From contig JASTWF010000325.1 of the NCBI GenBank assembly GCA_030390025.1, positions 62,001 to 126,000 on the forward strand: a DNA stretch of 64,000 bases. The letters run 5' to 3'. The DNA comes from Squalus acanthias. Taxonomy: Eukaryota. Below the pieces are notes generated by a model, which was not told the DNA's origin, did not search any database, and worked only from the letters and a program-made list of their open reading frames with translations. The position numbers and the translations under genes are program-made. This document shows, piece by piece, positions 48,301 through 63,300 of this stretch; within the stretch, counting starts at the first letter, position 1; each line of letters opens with the position of its first letter.

Positions 48301-51300
48301 AGATTGTACCTGGACAGTGTATATAGATTGTACCTGGACAGTGTATATAGATTGTACCTGGACATTGTATATTGATTGTACCTGGGCAGTGTATATAATT
48401 GTACCTGGACAGTGTATTTTGATTGTACCTGGACAGTGGAAATAGATTGTACCTGGACAGCGTATATTGATTGTAACTGGACAGTGTATATAGATTTTAC
48501 CAGGACAGTGTATATTGATGGTACCTGGACAGTGTATATAGATTGTACCTGGACAGTGTATATAGATTGTAGCTGGATAGTGTATATAGATTGTACCTGG
48601 ACAGTGTATATTGATGGTACCTGGACAGTGTATATTGATTGTACCTGGACAGTGTATATTGATTGTACTTGGACAGTGTATATAGATTGTACCTGGACAG
48701 TGTATATTGATTGTCCCTGGACAGTGTATATAGATTGTACCTGGACTGTGTATAGAGATTGTACCTGGACAGTGTATATAGATTGCACCTGGACAGAGTA
48801 TATTGATTGTACCTGGACTGTGTATAGAGATTGTACCTGGACTGTGTAAAGAGATTGTACATGGACAGTGTATATAGATTGTACCTGGACTGTGTATAGA
48901 GATTGTACCTGGACAGTGTATATAGATTGCACCTGGACAGAGTATATTGATTGTACCTGGACTGTGTATAGAGATTGTACCTGGACATTGTATATAGATT
49001 GTACCTGGACAGTGTATATTGATTGTACCTGGACCGTGTATATGGATTGTACCTGGACAGTGTATATAGATTGTACCTGGACAGTGTATACAGATTGTAC
49101 CTGGACAGAGTATATTGATTGTACCTGGACAGTGTATATTGATTGTACCTGGACAGTTTATATGGATTGTACCTGGACAGTGTATATTGATTGTACCTGG
49201 ACAGTGTATATAGATTGTACCTGGACAGTGTATATAGATTGTACCTGGACAGTGTATATAGATTGTACCTGGACAGTGTATATTGATTGTACCTGGACTG
49301 TGTATATAGATTGTACCTGGACTGTGTATAGAGATTGAACCTGGACTGTGTATATTGATTGTACCTGGACAGTGTATATAGATTGCACCTGGACAGTGTA
49401 TATTGATTGTACCTGGACAGTGTATATTTATTGTATCTGGACTGTGTATAGAGATTGTACCTGGACAGTGTATATTGATTGTACCTGGACAGTGTATATA
49501 GATTGCACCTGGACAGTGTATATTGATTGTAACTAGACAGTGTATATTGATTGTACCTGGACTGCGGAAAGAGATTGTACCTGGACTGTGTATATAGATT
49601 GTACCTGGACAGTGTATATAGATTGTACCTGGACAGTGTATATTGATTGTACCTGGACAGTGTATATTGATTGTACTTGGACAGTGTATATAGATTGTAC
49701 CTGGACAGTGTATATTGATTGTCCCTGGACAGTGTATATAGATTGTACCTGGACTGTGTATAGAGATTGTACCTGGACAGTGTATATAGATTGCACCTGG
49801 ACAGAGTATATTGATTGTACCTGGACTGTGTATAGAGATTGTACCTGGACAGTGTAAAGAGATTGTACATGGACAGTGTATATAGATTGTACCTGGACTG
49901 TGTATAGAGATTGTACCTGGACAGTGTATATAGATTGCACCTGGACAGAGTATATAGATTGTACCTGGACTGTGTATAGAGATTGTACCTGGACATTGTA
50001 TATAGATTGTACCTGGACAGTGTATATTGATTGTACCTGGACCGTGTATATGGATTGTACCTGGACAGTGTATATAGATTGTACCTGGACAGTGTATATA
50101 GATTGTACCTGGACAGTGTATATTGATTGTACCTGGACAGTGTATATAGATTGTACCTGGACAGTGTATATTGATTGTACCTGGACAGTGTATATTGATT
50201 GTACCTGGACAGTGTATATTGATTGTACCTGGACAGTGTATATAGATTGTACCTGGACAGTGTATATAGATTGTACCTGGACAGTGTATATAGATTGTAC
50301 CTGGACAGTGTATATAGATTGTACCTGGACAGTGTATATTGATTGTACCTGGACAGTGTATATAGATTGTACCTGGACAGTGTATATAGATTGTACCTGG
50401 ACAGTGTATATTGATTGTACCTGGACAGTGTATATAGATTGTACCTGGACAGTGTATATAGATTGTACCTGGACAGTGTATATAGATTGTACCTGGACAG
50501 TGTATATTGATTGTACCTGGACAGTGTATATTGATTGTACCTGGACAGTGTATATAGATTGTACCTGGACAGTGTATATAGATTGTACCTGGACAGTGTA
50601 TATAGATTGTACCTAGACAGTGTATATTGATTGTACCTGGACAGTGTATATAGATTGTACCTGGACAGTGTATATAGATTGTACCTAGACAGTGTATATT
50701 GATTGTACCTGGACAGTGTATATTGATTGTACCTGGACAGTGTATATAGATTGTACCTGGACAGTGTATATAGATTGTACCTGGACAGTGTATATTGATT
50801 GTACCTGGACAGTGTATATAGATTGTACCTGGACAGTGTATATAGATTGTACCTGGACAGTGTATATAGATTGTACCTGGACAGTGTATATAGATTGTAC
50901 CTGGACAGTGTATATAGATTGTACCTGGACAGTGTATATAGATTGTACCTGGACATTGCATATAGATTGTACCTGGACAGTGTATATAGATTGTACCTGG
51001 ACAGTGTATATTGATTGTACCTGGACAGTGTATATAGATTGTACCTGGACAGTGTATATTGATTGTACCTGGACAGTGTATATAGATTGTACCTGGACAG
51101 TGTATATAGATTGTACCTGGGCAGTGTATATAGATTGTACCTGGACAGTGTATATTGATTGTACCTGGACAGTGTATATAGATTGTACCTGGACAGTGTA
51201 TATTGATTGTACCTGGGCAGTGTATATAAATTGTACCTGGACAGTGTATATAGATTGTACCTGGACAGTGTATATAGATTGTACCTGGACAGTGTATATA

Positions 51301-54300
51301 GATTGTACCTAGGACAGTGTATATTGATTGTACCTGGACAGTGTATATAGATTGTACCTGGACAGTGTATATTGATTGTACCTGGACAGTGTATATAGAT
51401 TGTACCTGGACAGTGTATATAGATTGTAACAGGACAGTGTATATAGATTGTACCTGGACAGTGTATATAGATTGTACCTGGACAGTGTATATTGATGGTA
51501 CCTGGACAGTGTCTATAGATTGTACCTGGACAGTGTATATTGATTGTACCTGGACAGTGTATATAGATTGTACCTGGACAGTGTATATAGATTGTAACTG
51601 GACAGTGTATATAGATTGTACCTGGACAGTGTATATAGATTGTACCTAGACAGTGTATATTGATTGTACCTGGACAGTGTATATTGATTGTACCTGGACA
51701 GTGCATATAAATTTTACCTGGACAGTGTATATTGATTGTACCTGGACAGTGTTTATTGATTGTACCTGGACAGTGTATATAGATTGTACCTGGACAGTGT
51801 ATATAGATTGTACCTGGACAGTGTATATTGATGGTACCTGGGCAGTGTATATAGATTGTACCTGGACAGTGTATATAGATTGTACCTGGACAGTGTATAT
51901 AGATTGTACCTGGACATTGCATATAGATTGTACCTGGACAGCGTATTTTGATTGTACCTGGACAGTGTATATAGATTGTACCTTGACAGTGTATATAGAT
52001 TGTACCTGGACAGTGTATATTGATTGTACCTGGACAGTGTATATAGATTGTACCTTGACAGTGTATATAGATTGTACCTGGACAGTGTATATTGATGGTA
52101 CCTGGACAGTGTATATAGATTGTACCTGGACAGTGTATATAGATTGTAACTGGATAGTGTATATAGATTGTACCTAGACAGTGTATATTGATTGTACCTG
52201 GACAGTGTATATTGATTGTACCTGGACAGTGCATATAAATTTTACCTGGACAGTGTATATTGATTGTACCTGGGCAGTGTATATAGATTGTACCTGGAGA
52301 GTGTAGATTGATTGCACCTGGACAGTGTATATTGATTGTACCTGGACAGTGTATATAGATGTACCTGGACAGTGTATATAGATTGTACCTGGACAGTATA
52401 TATGGATTATACCTGGACAGTGTATATAGATTGTACCTGGACAGTGTATATAGATTGTACCTGGACAGTGTATATAGATTGTACCTGGACATTGTATATT
52501 GATTGTACCTGGGCAGTGTATATAAATTGTACCTGGACAGTGTATTTTGATTGTACCTGGACAGTGGAAATAGATTGTACCTGGACAGCGTATATTGATT
52601 GTAACTGGACAGTGTATATAGATTTTACCAGGACAGTGTATATTGATGGTACCTGGACAGTGTATATAGATTGTACCTGGACAGTGTATATAGATTGTAG
52701 CTGGATAGTGTATATAGATTGTACCTGGACAGTGTATATTGATGGTACCTGGACAGTGTATATTGATTGTACCTGGACAGTGTATATTGATTGTACTTGG
52801 ACAGTGTATATAGATTGTACCTGGACAGTGTATATTGATTGTCCCTGGACAGTGTATATAGATTGTACCTGGACTGTGTATAGAGATTGTACCTGGACAG
52901 TGTATATAGATTGCACCTGGACAGAGTATATTGATTGTACCTGGACTGTGTATAGAGATTGTACCTGGACTGTGTAAAGAGATTGTACATGGACAGTGTA
53001 TATAGATTGTACCTGGACTGTGTATAGAGATTGTACCTGGACAGTGTATATAGATTGCACCTGGACAGAGTATATTGATTGTACCTGGACAGTGTATATA
53101 GATTGTACCTGGACAGTGTATATAGATTGTACCTGGACAGTGTATATTGATTGTACCTGGACAGTGTATATAGATTGTACCTGGACAGTGTATATAGATT
53201 GTACCTGGACAGTGTATATAGATTGTACCTGGACAGTGTATATTGATTGTACCTGGACAGTGTATATAGATTGTACCTGGACAGTGTATATAGATTGTAC
53301 CTGGACAGTGTATATAGATTGTACCTGGACAGTGTATATAGATTGTACCTGGACAGTGTATATAGATTGTACCTGGACAGTGTATATAGATTGTACCTGG
53401 ACAGTGTATATAGATTGTACCTGGACAGTGTATATAGATTGTACCTGGACAGTGTATATAGATTGTACCTGGACAGTGTATATTGATTGTACCTGGACAG
53501 TGTATATAGATTGTACCTGGACAGTGTATATTGATTGTACCTGGACAGTGTATATAGATTGTACCTGGACAGTGTATATAGATTGTACCTGGACAGTGTA
53601 TATTGATTGTACCTGGACAGTGTATATAGATTGTACCTGGACAGTGTATATTGATTGTACCTGGACAGTGTATATAGATTGTACCTGGACAGTGTATATA
53701 GATTGTACCTGGACAGTGTATATAGATTGTACCTGGACAGTGTATATAGATTGTACCTGGACAGTGTATATTGATTGTACCTGGACAGTGTATATTGATT
53801 GTACCTGGACAGTGTATATAGATTGTACCTGGACAGTGTATATAGATTGTACCTGGACAGTGTATATAGATTGTACCTGGACAGTGTATATAGATTGTAC
53901 CTGGACAGTGTATATAGATTGTACCTGGACAGTGTATATTGATTGTACCTGGACAGTGTATATAGATTGTACCTGGACAGTGTATATAGATTGTACCTGG
54001 ACAGTGTATATAGATTGTACCTGGACAGTGTATATAGATTGTACCTGGACAGTGTATATAGATTGTACCTGGACAGTGTATATTGATTGTACCTGGACAG
54101 TGTATATAGATTGTACCTGGACAGTGTATATAGATTGTACCTGGACAGTGTATATTGATTGTACCTGGACAGTGTATATTGATTGTACCTGGACAGTGTA
54201 TATAGATTGTACCTGGACAGTGTATATAGATTGTACCTGGACAGTGTATATTGATTGTACCTGGACAGTGTATATTGATTGTACCTGGACAGTGTATATT

Positions 54301-57300
54301 GATTGTACCTGGACAGTGTATATTGATTGTACCTGGACAGTGTATATAGATTGTACCTGGACAGTGTATATAGATTGTACCTGGACAGTGTATATTGATT
54401 GTACCTGGACAGTGTATATAGATTGTACCTGGACAGTGTATATAGATTGTACCTGGACAGTGTATATTGATTGTACCTGGACAGTGTATATAGATTGTAC
54501 CTGGACAGTGTATATAGATTGTACCTGGACAGTGTATATTGATTGTACCTGGACAGTGTATATAGATTGTACCTGGACAGTGTATATAGATTGTACCTGG
54601 ACAGTGTATATAGATTGTACCTGGACAGTGTATATTGATTGTACCTGGACAGTGTATATTGATTGTACCTGGACAGTGTATATAGATTGTACCTGGACAG
54701 TGTATATAGATTGTACCTGGACAGTGTATATAGATTGTACCTGGACAGTGTATATTGATTGTACCTGGACAGTGTATATAGATTGTACCTGGACAGTGTA
54801 TATAGATTGTACCTGGACAGTGTATATTGATTGTACCTGGACAGTGTATATTGATTGTACCTGGACAGTGTATATAGATTGTACCTGGACAGTGTATATG
54901 ATTGTACCTGGACAGTGTATATTGATTGTACCTGGACAGTGTATATAGATTGTACCTGGACAGTGTATATAGATTGTACCTGGACAGTGTATATAGATTG
55001 TACCTGGACAGTGTATATTGATTGTACCTGGACAGTGTATATAGATTGTACCTGGACAGTGTATATAGATTGTACCTGGACATTGCATATAGATTGTACC
55101 TGGACAGTGTATATAGATTGTACCTGGACAGTGTATATTGATTGTACCTGGGCAGTGTATATAGATTGTACATTGACAGTGTATATTGATTGTACCTGGG
55201 CAGTGTATATAAATTGTACCTGGACAGTGTATATAGATTGTACCTGGACATTCTATATAGATTGTACCTGGACAATGTATTTTGATTGTACCTGGACAGT
55301 GTATATAGATTGTACCTGGACAGTGTATATTGATTGTACCTGGGCAGTGTATATAGATTGTACCTGGACAGTGTATATAGATTGTACCTGGACAGTGTAT
55401 ATAGATTGTACCTGGACAGTGTATATAGATTGTACCTAGACAGTGTATATTGATTGTACCTGGACAGTGTATATAGATTGTACCTGGACAGTGTATATTG
55501 ATGGTACCTGGACAGTGTATATAGATTGTACCTGGACAGTGTATATAGATTGTAACAGGACAGTGTATATAGATTGTACCTGGACAGTGTATATAGATTG
55601 TACCTGGACAGTGTATATTGATGGTACCTGGACAGTGTATATAGATTGTACCTGGACAGTGTATATTGATTGTACCTGGACAGTGTATATAGATTGTACC
55701 TGGACAGTGTATATAGATTGTACTGGACAGTGTATATAGATTGTACCTGGACAGTGTATATAGATTGTACCTGGACAGTGTATATTGATTGTACCTGGAC
55801 AGTGTATATTGATTGTACCTGGACAGTGTATATAGATTGTACCTGGACAGTGTATATTGATTGTACCTGGACAGTGTTTATTGATTGTACCTGGACAGTG
55901 TATATAGATTGTACCTGGACAGTGTATATAGATTGTACCTGGACAGTGTATATTGATTGTACCTGGACAGTGTATATAGATTGTACCTGGACAGTGTATA
56001 TAGATTGTACCTGGACAGTGTATATAGATTGTACCTGGACAGTGTATATAGATTGTACCTGGACAGTGTATTTTGATTGTACCTGGACAGTGTATATAGA
56101 TTGTACCTTGACAGTGTATATAGATTGTACCTGGACAGTGTATATTGATTGTACCTGGACAGTGTATATAGATTGTACCTGGACAGTGTATATAGATTGT
56201 ACCTGGACAGTGTATATTGATTGTACCTGGACAGTGTATATAGATTGTACCTGGACAGTGTATATAGATTGTACCTGGACAGTGTATATAGATTGTACCT
56301 GGACAGTGTATATTGATTGTACCTGGACAGTGTATATTGATTGTACCTGGACAGTGTATATAGATTGTACCTGGACAGTGTATATTGATTGTACCTGGAC
56401 AGTGTATATAGATTGTACCTGGAGAGTGTATATTGATTGTACCTTGACAGTGTATATTGATTGTACCTGGACAGTGTATATAGATTGTACCTGGACAGTG
56501 TATATAGATTGTACCTGGACAGTGTATATAGATTGTACCTGGACAGTGTATATAGATTGTACCTGGACAGTGTATATAGATTGTACCTGGACAGTGTATA
56601 TAGATTGTACCTGGACAGTGTATATTGATTGTACCTGGGCAGTGTATATAAATTGTACCTGGACAGTGTATTTTGATTGTACCTGGACAGTGTATATAGA
56701 TTGTACCTGGACAGTGTATATTGATTGTACCTGGACAGTGTATATAGATTGTACCTGGACAGTGTATATTGATTGTACCTGGACAGTGTATATAGATTGT
56801 ACCTGGACAGTGTATATAGATTGTACCTGGACAGTGTATATAGATTGTACCTGGACAGTGTATATTGATTGTACCTGGACAGTGTATATAGATTGTACCT
56901 GGACAGTGTATATAGATTGTACCTGGACAGTGTATATTGATTGTACCTGGACAGTGTATATTGATTGTACCTGGACAGTGTATATAGATTGTACCTGGAC
57001 AGTGTATATAGATTGTACCTGGACAGTGTATATTGATTGTACCTGGACAGTGTATATAGATTATACCTGGACAGATGTATATTGATTGTACCTGGACAGT
57101 GTATATTGATTGTACCTGGACAGTGTATATAGATTGTACCTGGACAGTGTATATTGATTGTACCTGGACAGTGTATATTGATTGTACCTGGACAGTGTAT
57201 ATAGATTGTACCTGGACAGTGTATATTGATTGTACCTGGACAGTGTATATAGATTGTACCTGGACCTTGTATATAGATTGTACCTGGACAGTGTATTTTG

Positions 57301-60300
57301 ATTGTACCTGGACAGTGTATATAGATTGTACCTGGACAGTGTATATTGATTGTATCTGGACAGTGTATATAGTTTGTACCTGGACAGTGTATATAGATTG
57401 TACCTGGACAGTGTATATAGATTGTACCTGGACAGTGTATATAGATTGTACCTGGACTGTGTATATAGATTGTACCTGGACAGTGTATATTAATTGTACC
57501 CAACAGTGGATATAGATTGTACCTGGAGAGTGTATATAGATTGTACCTGGAGAGTGTATATTGATTGTACCTGGACAGTGTATATTGATTGTACCTGGGC
57601 AGTGTATATAGATTGTACCTGGACAGTGTATATTGATTGTACCTGGACAGTGTATATAGATTGTACCTGGACAGTGTATATAGATTGTACCTGGACAGTG
57701 TATATAGATTGTACCTGGACAGTGTATATTGATTGTACCTGGACAGTGTATATAGATTGTACCTGGACAGTGTATATTGATTGTACCTGGGACAGTGTAT
57801 ATAGATTGTACCTGGACAGTGTATATTGATTGTACCTGGACAGTGTATATAGATTGTACCTGGACAGTGTATATTGATTGTACCTGGACAGTGTATATAG
57901 TTTGTACCTGGACAGTGTATATAGATTGTACCTGGACAGTGTATATAGATTGTACCTGGACAGTGTATATAGATTGTACCTGGACTGTGTATATAGATTG
58001 TACCTGGACAGTGTATATTAATTGTACCTGGACAGTATATATTGATTGTACCTGGACAGTGTATATAGATTGTACCTGGACAGTGTATATAGATTGTACC
58101 TGGACAGTGTATATAGATTGTACCTGGACAGTGTATATTGATTGTACCTGGACAGTGTATATAGATTGTACCTGGACAGTGTATATAGATTGTACCTGGA
58201 CAGTGTATATTGATTGTACCTGGACAGTGTATATTGATTGTACCTGGACAGTGTATATAGATTGTACCTGGACAGTGTATATTGATTGTACCTGGACAGT
58301 GTATATTGATTGTACCTGGACAGTGTATATTGATTGTACCTGGACAGGTATATTGATTGTACCTGGACAGTGTATATAGATTGTACCTGGACAGTGTATA
58401 TAGATTGTACCTGGACAGTGTATATAGATTGTACCTGGACAGTGTATATTGATTGTACCTGGACAGTGTATATAGATTGTACCTGGACAGTGTATATAGA
58501 TTGTACCTGGACAGTGTATATAGATTGTACCTGGACAGTGTATATAGATTGTACCTGGACAGTGTATATAGATTGTACCTGGACAGTGTATATAGATTGT
58601 ACCTGGACAGTGTATATAGATTGTACCTGGACAGTGTATATAGATTGTACCTGGACAGTGTATATAGATTGTACCTGGACAGTGTATATAGATTGTACCT
58701 GGACAGTGTATATAGATTGTACCTGGACAGTGTATATAGATTGTACCTGGACAGTGTATATAGATTGTACCTGGACAGTGTATATTGATTGTACCTGGAC
58801 AGTGTATATAGATTGTACCTGGACAGTGTATATTGATTGTACCTGGACAGTGTATATAGATTGTACCTGGACAGTGTATATAGATTGTACCTGGACAGTG
58901 TATATAGATTGTACCTGGACAGTGTATATTGATTGTACCTGGACAGTGTATATAGATTGTACCTGGACAGTGTATATTGATTGTACCTGGACAGTGTATA
59001 TTGATTGTACCTGGACAGTGTATATAGATTGTACCTGGACAGTGTATATAGATTGTACCTGGACAGTGTATATAGATTGTACCTGGACAGTGTATATAGA
59101 TTGTACCTGGACAGTGTATATAGATTGTACCTGGACAGTGTATATAGATTGTACCTGGACAGTGTATATAGATTGTACCTGGACAGTGTATATAGATTGT
59201 ACCTGGACAGTGTATATAGATTGTACCTGGACAGTGTATATAGATTGTACCTGGACAGTGTATATAGATTGTACCTGGACAGTGTATATAGATTGTACCT
59301 GGACAGTGTATATAGATTGTACCTGGACAGTGTATATAGATTGTACCTGGACAGTGTATATAGATTGTACCTGGACAGTGTATATTGATTGTACTGGACA
59401 GTGTATATAGATTGTACCTGGACAGTGTATATTGATTGTACCTGGACAGTGTATATAGATTGTACCTGGACAGTGTATATTGATTGTACCTGGACAGTGT
59501 ATATAGATTGTACCTGGACAGTGTATATTGATTGTACCTGGACAGTGTATATAGATTGTACCTGGACAGTGTATATAGATTGTACCTGGACAGTGTATAT
59601 TGATTGTACCTGGACAGTGTATATAGATTGTACCTGGACAGTGTATATAGATTGTACCTGGACAGTGTATATTGATTGTACCTGGACAGTGTATATTGAT
59701 TGTACCTGGACAGTGTATATAGATTGTACCTGGACAGTGTATATAGATTGTACCTGGACAGTGTATATTGATTGTACCTGGACAGTGTATATAGATTGTA
59801 CCTGGACAGTGTATATAGATTGTACCTGGACAATGTATATTGATTGTACCTGGACAGTGTATATAGATTGTACCTGGACAGTGTATATTGATTGTACCTG
59901 GACAGTGTATATAGATTGTACCTGGACAGTGTATATTGATTGTACCTGGACAGTGTATATAGATTGTACCTGGACAGTGTATATAGATTGTACCTGGACA
60001 GTGTATATAGATTGTACCTGGACAGTGTATATTGATTGTACCTGGACAGTGTATATAGATTGTACCTGGACAGTGTATATAGATTGTACCTGGACAGTGT
60101 ATATTGATTGTACCTGGACAGTGTATATAGATTGTACCTGGACAGTGTATATTGATTGTACCTGGACAGTGTATATAGATTGTACCTGGACAGTGTATAT
60201 AGATTGTACCTGGACAGTGTATATAGATTGTACCTGGACAGTGTATATAGATTGTACCTGGACAGTGTATATAGATTGTACCTGGACAGTGTATATAGAT

Positions 60301-63300
60301 TGTACCTGGACAGTGTATATAGATTGTACCTGGACAGCTGTATTTGATTGTACCTGGACAGTGTATATTGATTGTACCTGGACAGTGTATATAGATTGTA
60401 CCTGGACAGTGTATATAGATTGTACCTGGACAGTGTATATAGATTGTACCTGGACAGTGTATATTGATTGTACCTGGACAGTGTATATTGATTGTACCTG
60501 GACAGTGTATATAGATTGTACCTGGACAGTGTATATAGATTGTACCTAGACAGTGTATATTGATTGTACCTGGACAGTGTATATAGATTGTACCTGGACA
60601 GTGTATATAGATTGTACCTGGACAGTGTATATAGATTGTACCTGGACAGTGTATATAGATTGTACCTGGACAGTGTATATTGATTGTACCTGGACAGTGT
60701 ATATAGATTGTACCTGGACAGTGTATATAGATTGTACCTGGACTGTGTATATTGATTGTACCTGGACAGTGTATATTGATTGTACCTGGACAGTGTATAT
60801 TGATTGTACCTGGACAGTGTATATAGATTGTACCTGGACAGTGTATATAGATTGTACCTGGACAGTGTATATTGATTGTACCTGGACAGTGTATATAGAT
60901 TGTACCTGGACAGTGTATATAGATTGTACCTGGACAGTGTATATAGATTGTACCTGGACAGTGTATATTGATTGTACCTGGACAGTGTATATAGATTGTA
61001 CCTGGACAGTGTATATAGATTGTACCTGGACAGTGTATATTGATTGTACCTGGACAGTGTATATAGATTGTACCTGGACAGTGTATATAGATTGTACCTG
61101 GACAGTGTATATAGATTGTACCTGGACAGTGTATATTGATTGTACCTGGACAGTGTATATTGATTGTACCTGGACAGTGTATATAGATTGTACCTGGACA
61201 GTGTATATAGATTGTACCTGGACAGTGTATATTGATTGTACCTGGACAGTGTATATAGATTGTACCTGGACAGTGTATATAGATTGTACCTGGACAGTGT
61301 ATATTGATTGTACCTGGACAGTGTATATAGATTGTACCTGGACAGTGTATATAGATTGTACCTGGACAGTGTATATTGATTGTACCTGGACAGTGTATAT
61401 TGATTGTACCTGGACAGTGTATATAGATTGTACCTGGACAGTGTATATAGATTGTACCTGGACAGTGTATATAGATTGTACCTGGACAGTGTATATAGAT
61501 TGTACCTGGACAGTGTATATAGATTGTACCTGGACAGTGTATATAGATTGTACCTGGACAGTGTATATAGATTGTACCTGGACAGTGTATATAGATTGTA
61601 CCTGGACAGTGTATATAGATTGTACCTGGACAGTGTATATAGATTGTACCTGGACAGTGTATATAGATTGTACCTGGACAGTGTATATAGATTGTACCTG
61701 GACAGTGTATATAGATTGTACCTGGACAGTGTATATAGATTGTACCTGGACAGTGTATATTGATTGTACCTGGACAGTGTATATAGATTGTACCTGGACA
61801 GTGTATATAGATTGTACCTGGACAGTGTATATTGATTGTACCTGGACAGTGTATATAGATTGTACCTGGACAGTGTATATAGATTGTACCTGGACAGTGT
61901 ATATTGATTGTACCTGGACAGTGTATATAGATTGTACCTGGACAGTGTATATTGATTGTACCTGGACAGTGTATATAGATTGTACCTGGACAGTGTATAT
62001 TGATTGTACCTGGACAGTGTATATAGATTGTACCTGGACAGTGTATATAGATTGTACCTGGACAGTGTATATAGATTGTACCTGGACAGTGTATATAGAT
62101 TGTACCTGGACAGTGTATATAGATTGTACCTGGACAGTGTATATAGATTGTACCTGGACAGTGTATATTGATTGTACCTGGACAGTGTATATAGATTGTA
62201 CCTGGACAGTGTATATAGATTGTACCTGGACAGTGTATATAGATTGTACCTGGACAGTGTATATAGATTGTACCTGGACAGTGTATATAGATTGTACCTG
62301 GACAGTGTATATTGATTGTACCTGGACAGTGTATATTGATTGTACCTGGACAGTGTATATAGATTGTACCTGGACAGTGTATATAGATTGTACCTGGACA
62401 GTGTATATTGATTGTACCTGGACAGTGTATATAGATTGTACCTGGACAGTGTATATAGATTGTACCTGGACAGTGTATATTGATTGTACCTGGACAGTGT
62501 ATATAGATTGTACCTGGACAGTGTATATAGATTGTACCTGGACAGTGTATATAGATTGTACCTGGACAGTGTATATAGATTGTACCTGGACAGTGTATAT
62601 AGATTGTACCTGGACAGTGTATATTGATTGTACTGGACAGTGTATATAGATTGTACCTGGACAGTGTATATAGATTGTACCTGACAGTGTATATAGATTG
62701 TACCTGGACAGTGTATATAGATTGTACCTGGACAGTGTATATAGATTGTACCCTGGACAGTGTATATTGATTGTACCTGGACAGTGTATATAGATTGTAC
62801 CTGGACAGTGTATATGATTGTACCTGGACAGTGTATATAGATTGTACCTGGACAGTGTATATAGATTGTACCTGGACAGTGTATATAGATTGTACCTGGA
62901 CAGTGTAATTGATTGTACCTGGACAGTGTATATAGATTGTACCTGGACAGTGTATATAGATTGTACCTGGACAGTGTATATAGATTGTAACCTGGACAGG
63001 TATATAGATAGTACCTGGACAGTGTATATAGATTGTACCTGGACAGTGTATATAGATTGTACCTGGACAGTGTATATAGATTGTACCTGGACAGTGTATA
63101 TAGATTGTACCTGGACAGTGTATATTGATTGTACCTGGACAGTGTATATAGATTGTACCTGGACAGTGTATATTGATTGTACCTGGACAGTGTATATAGA
63201 TTGTACCTGACAGTGTATATAGATTGTACCTGGACAGTTTATATGATTGTACCTGGACAGTGTATATAGATTGTACCTGGACAGTGTATATAGATTGTAC

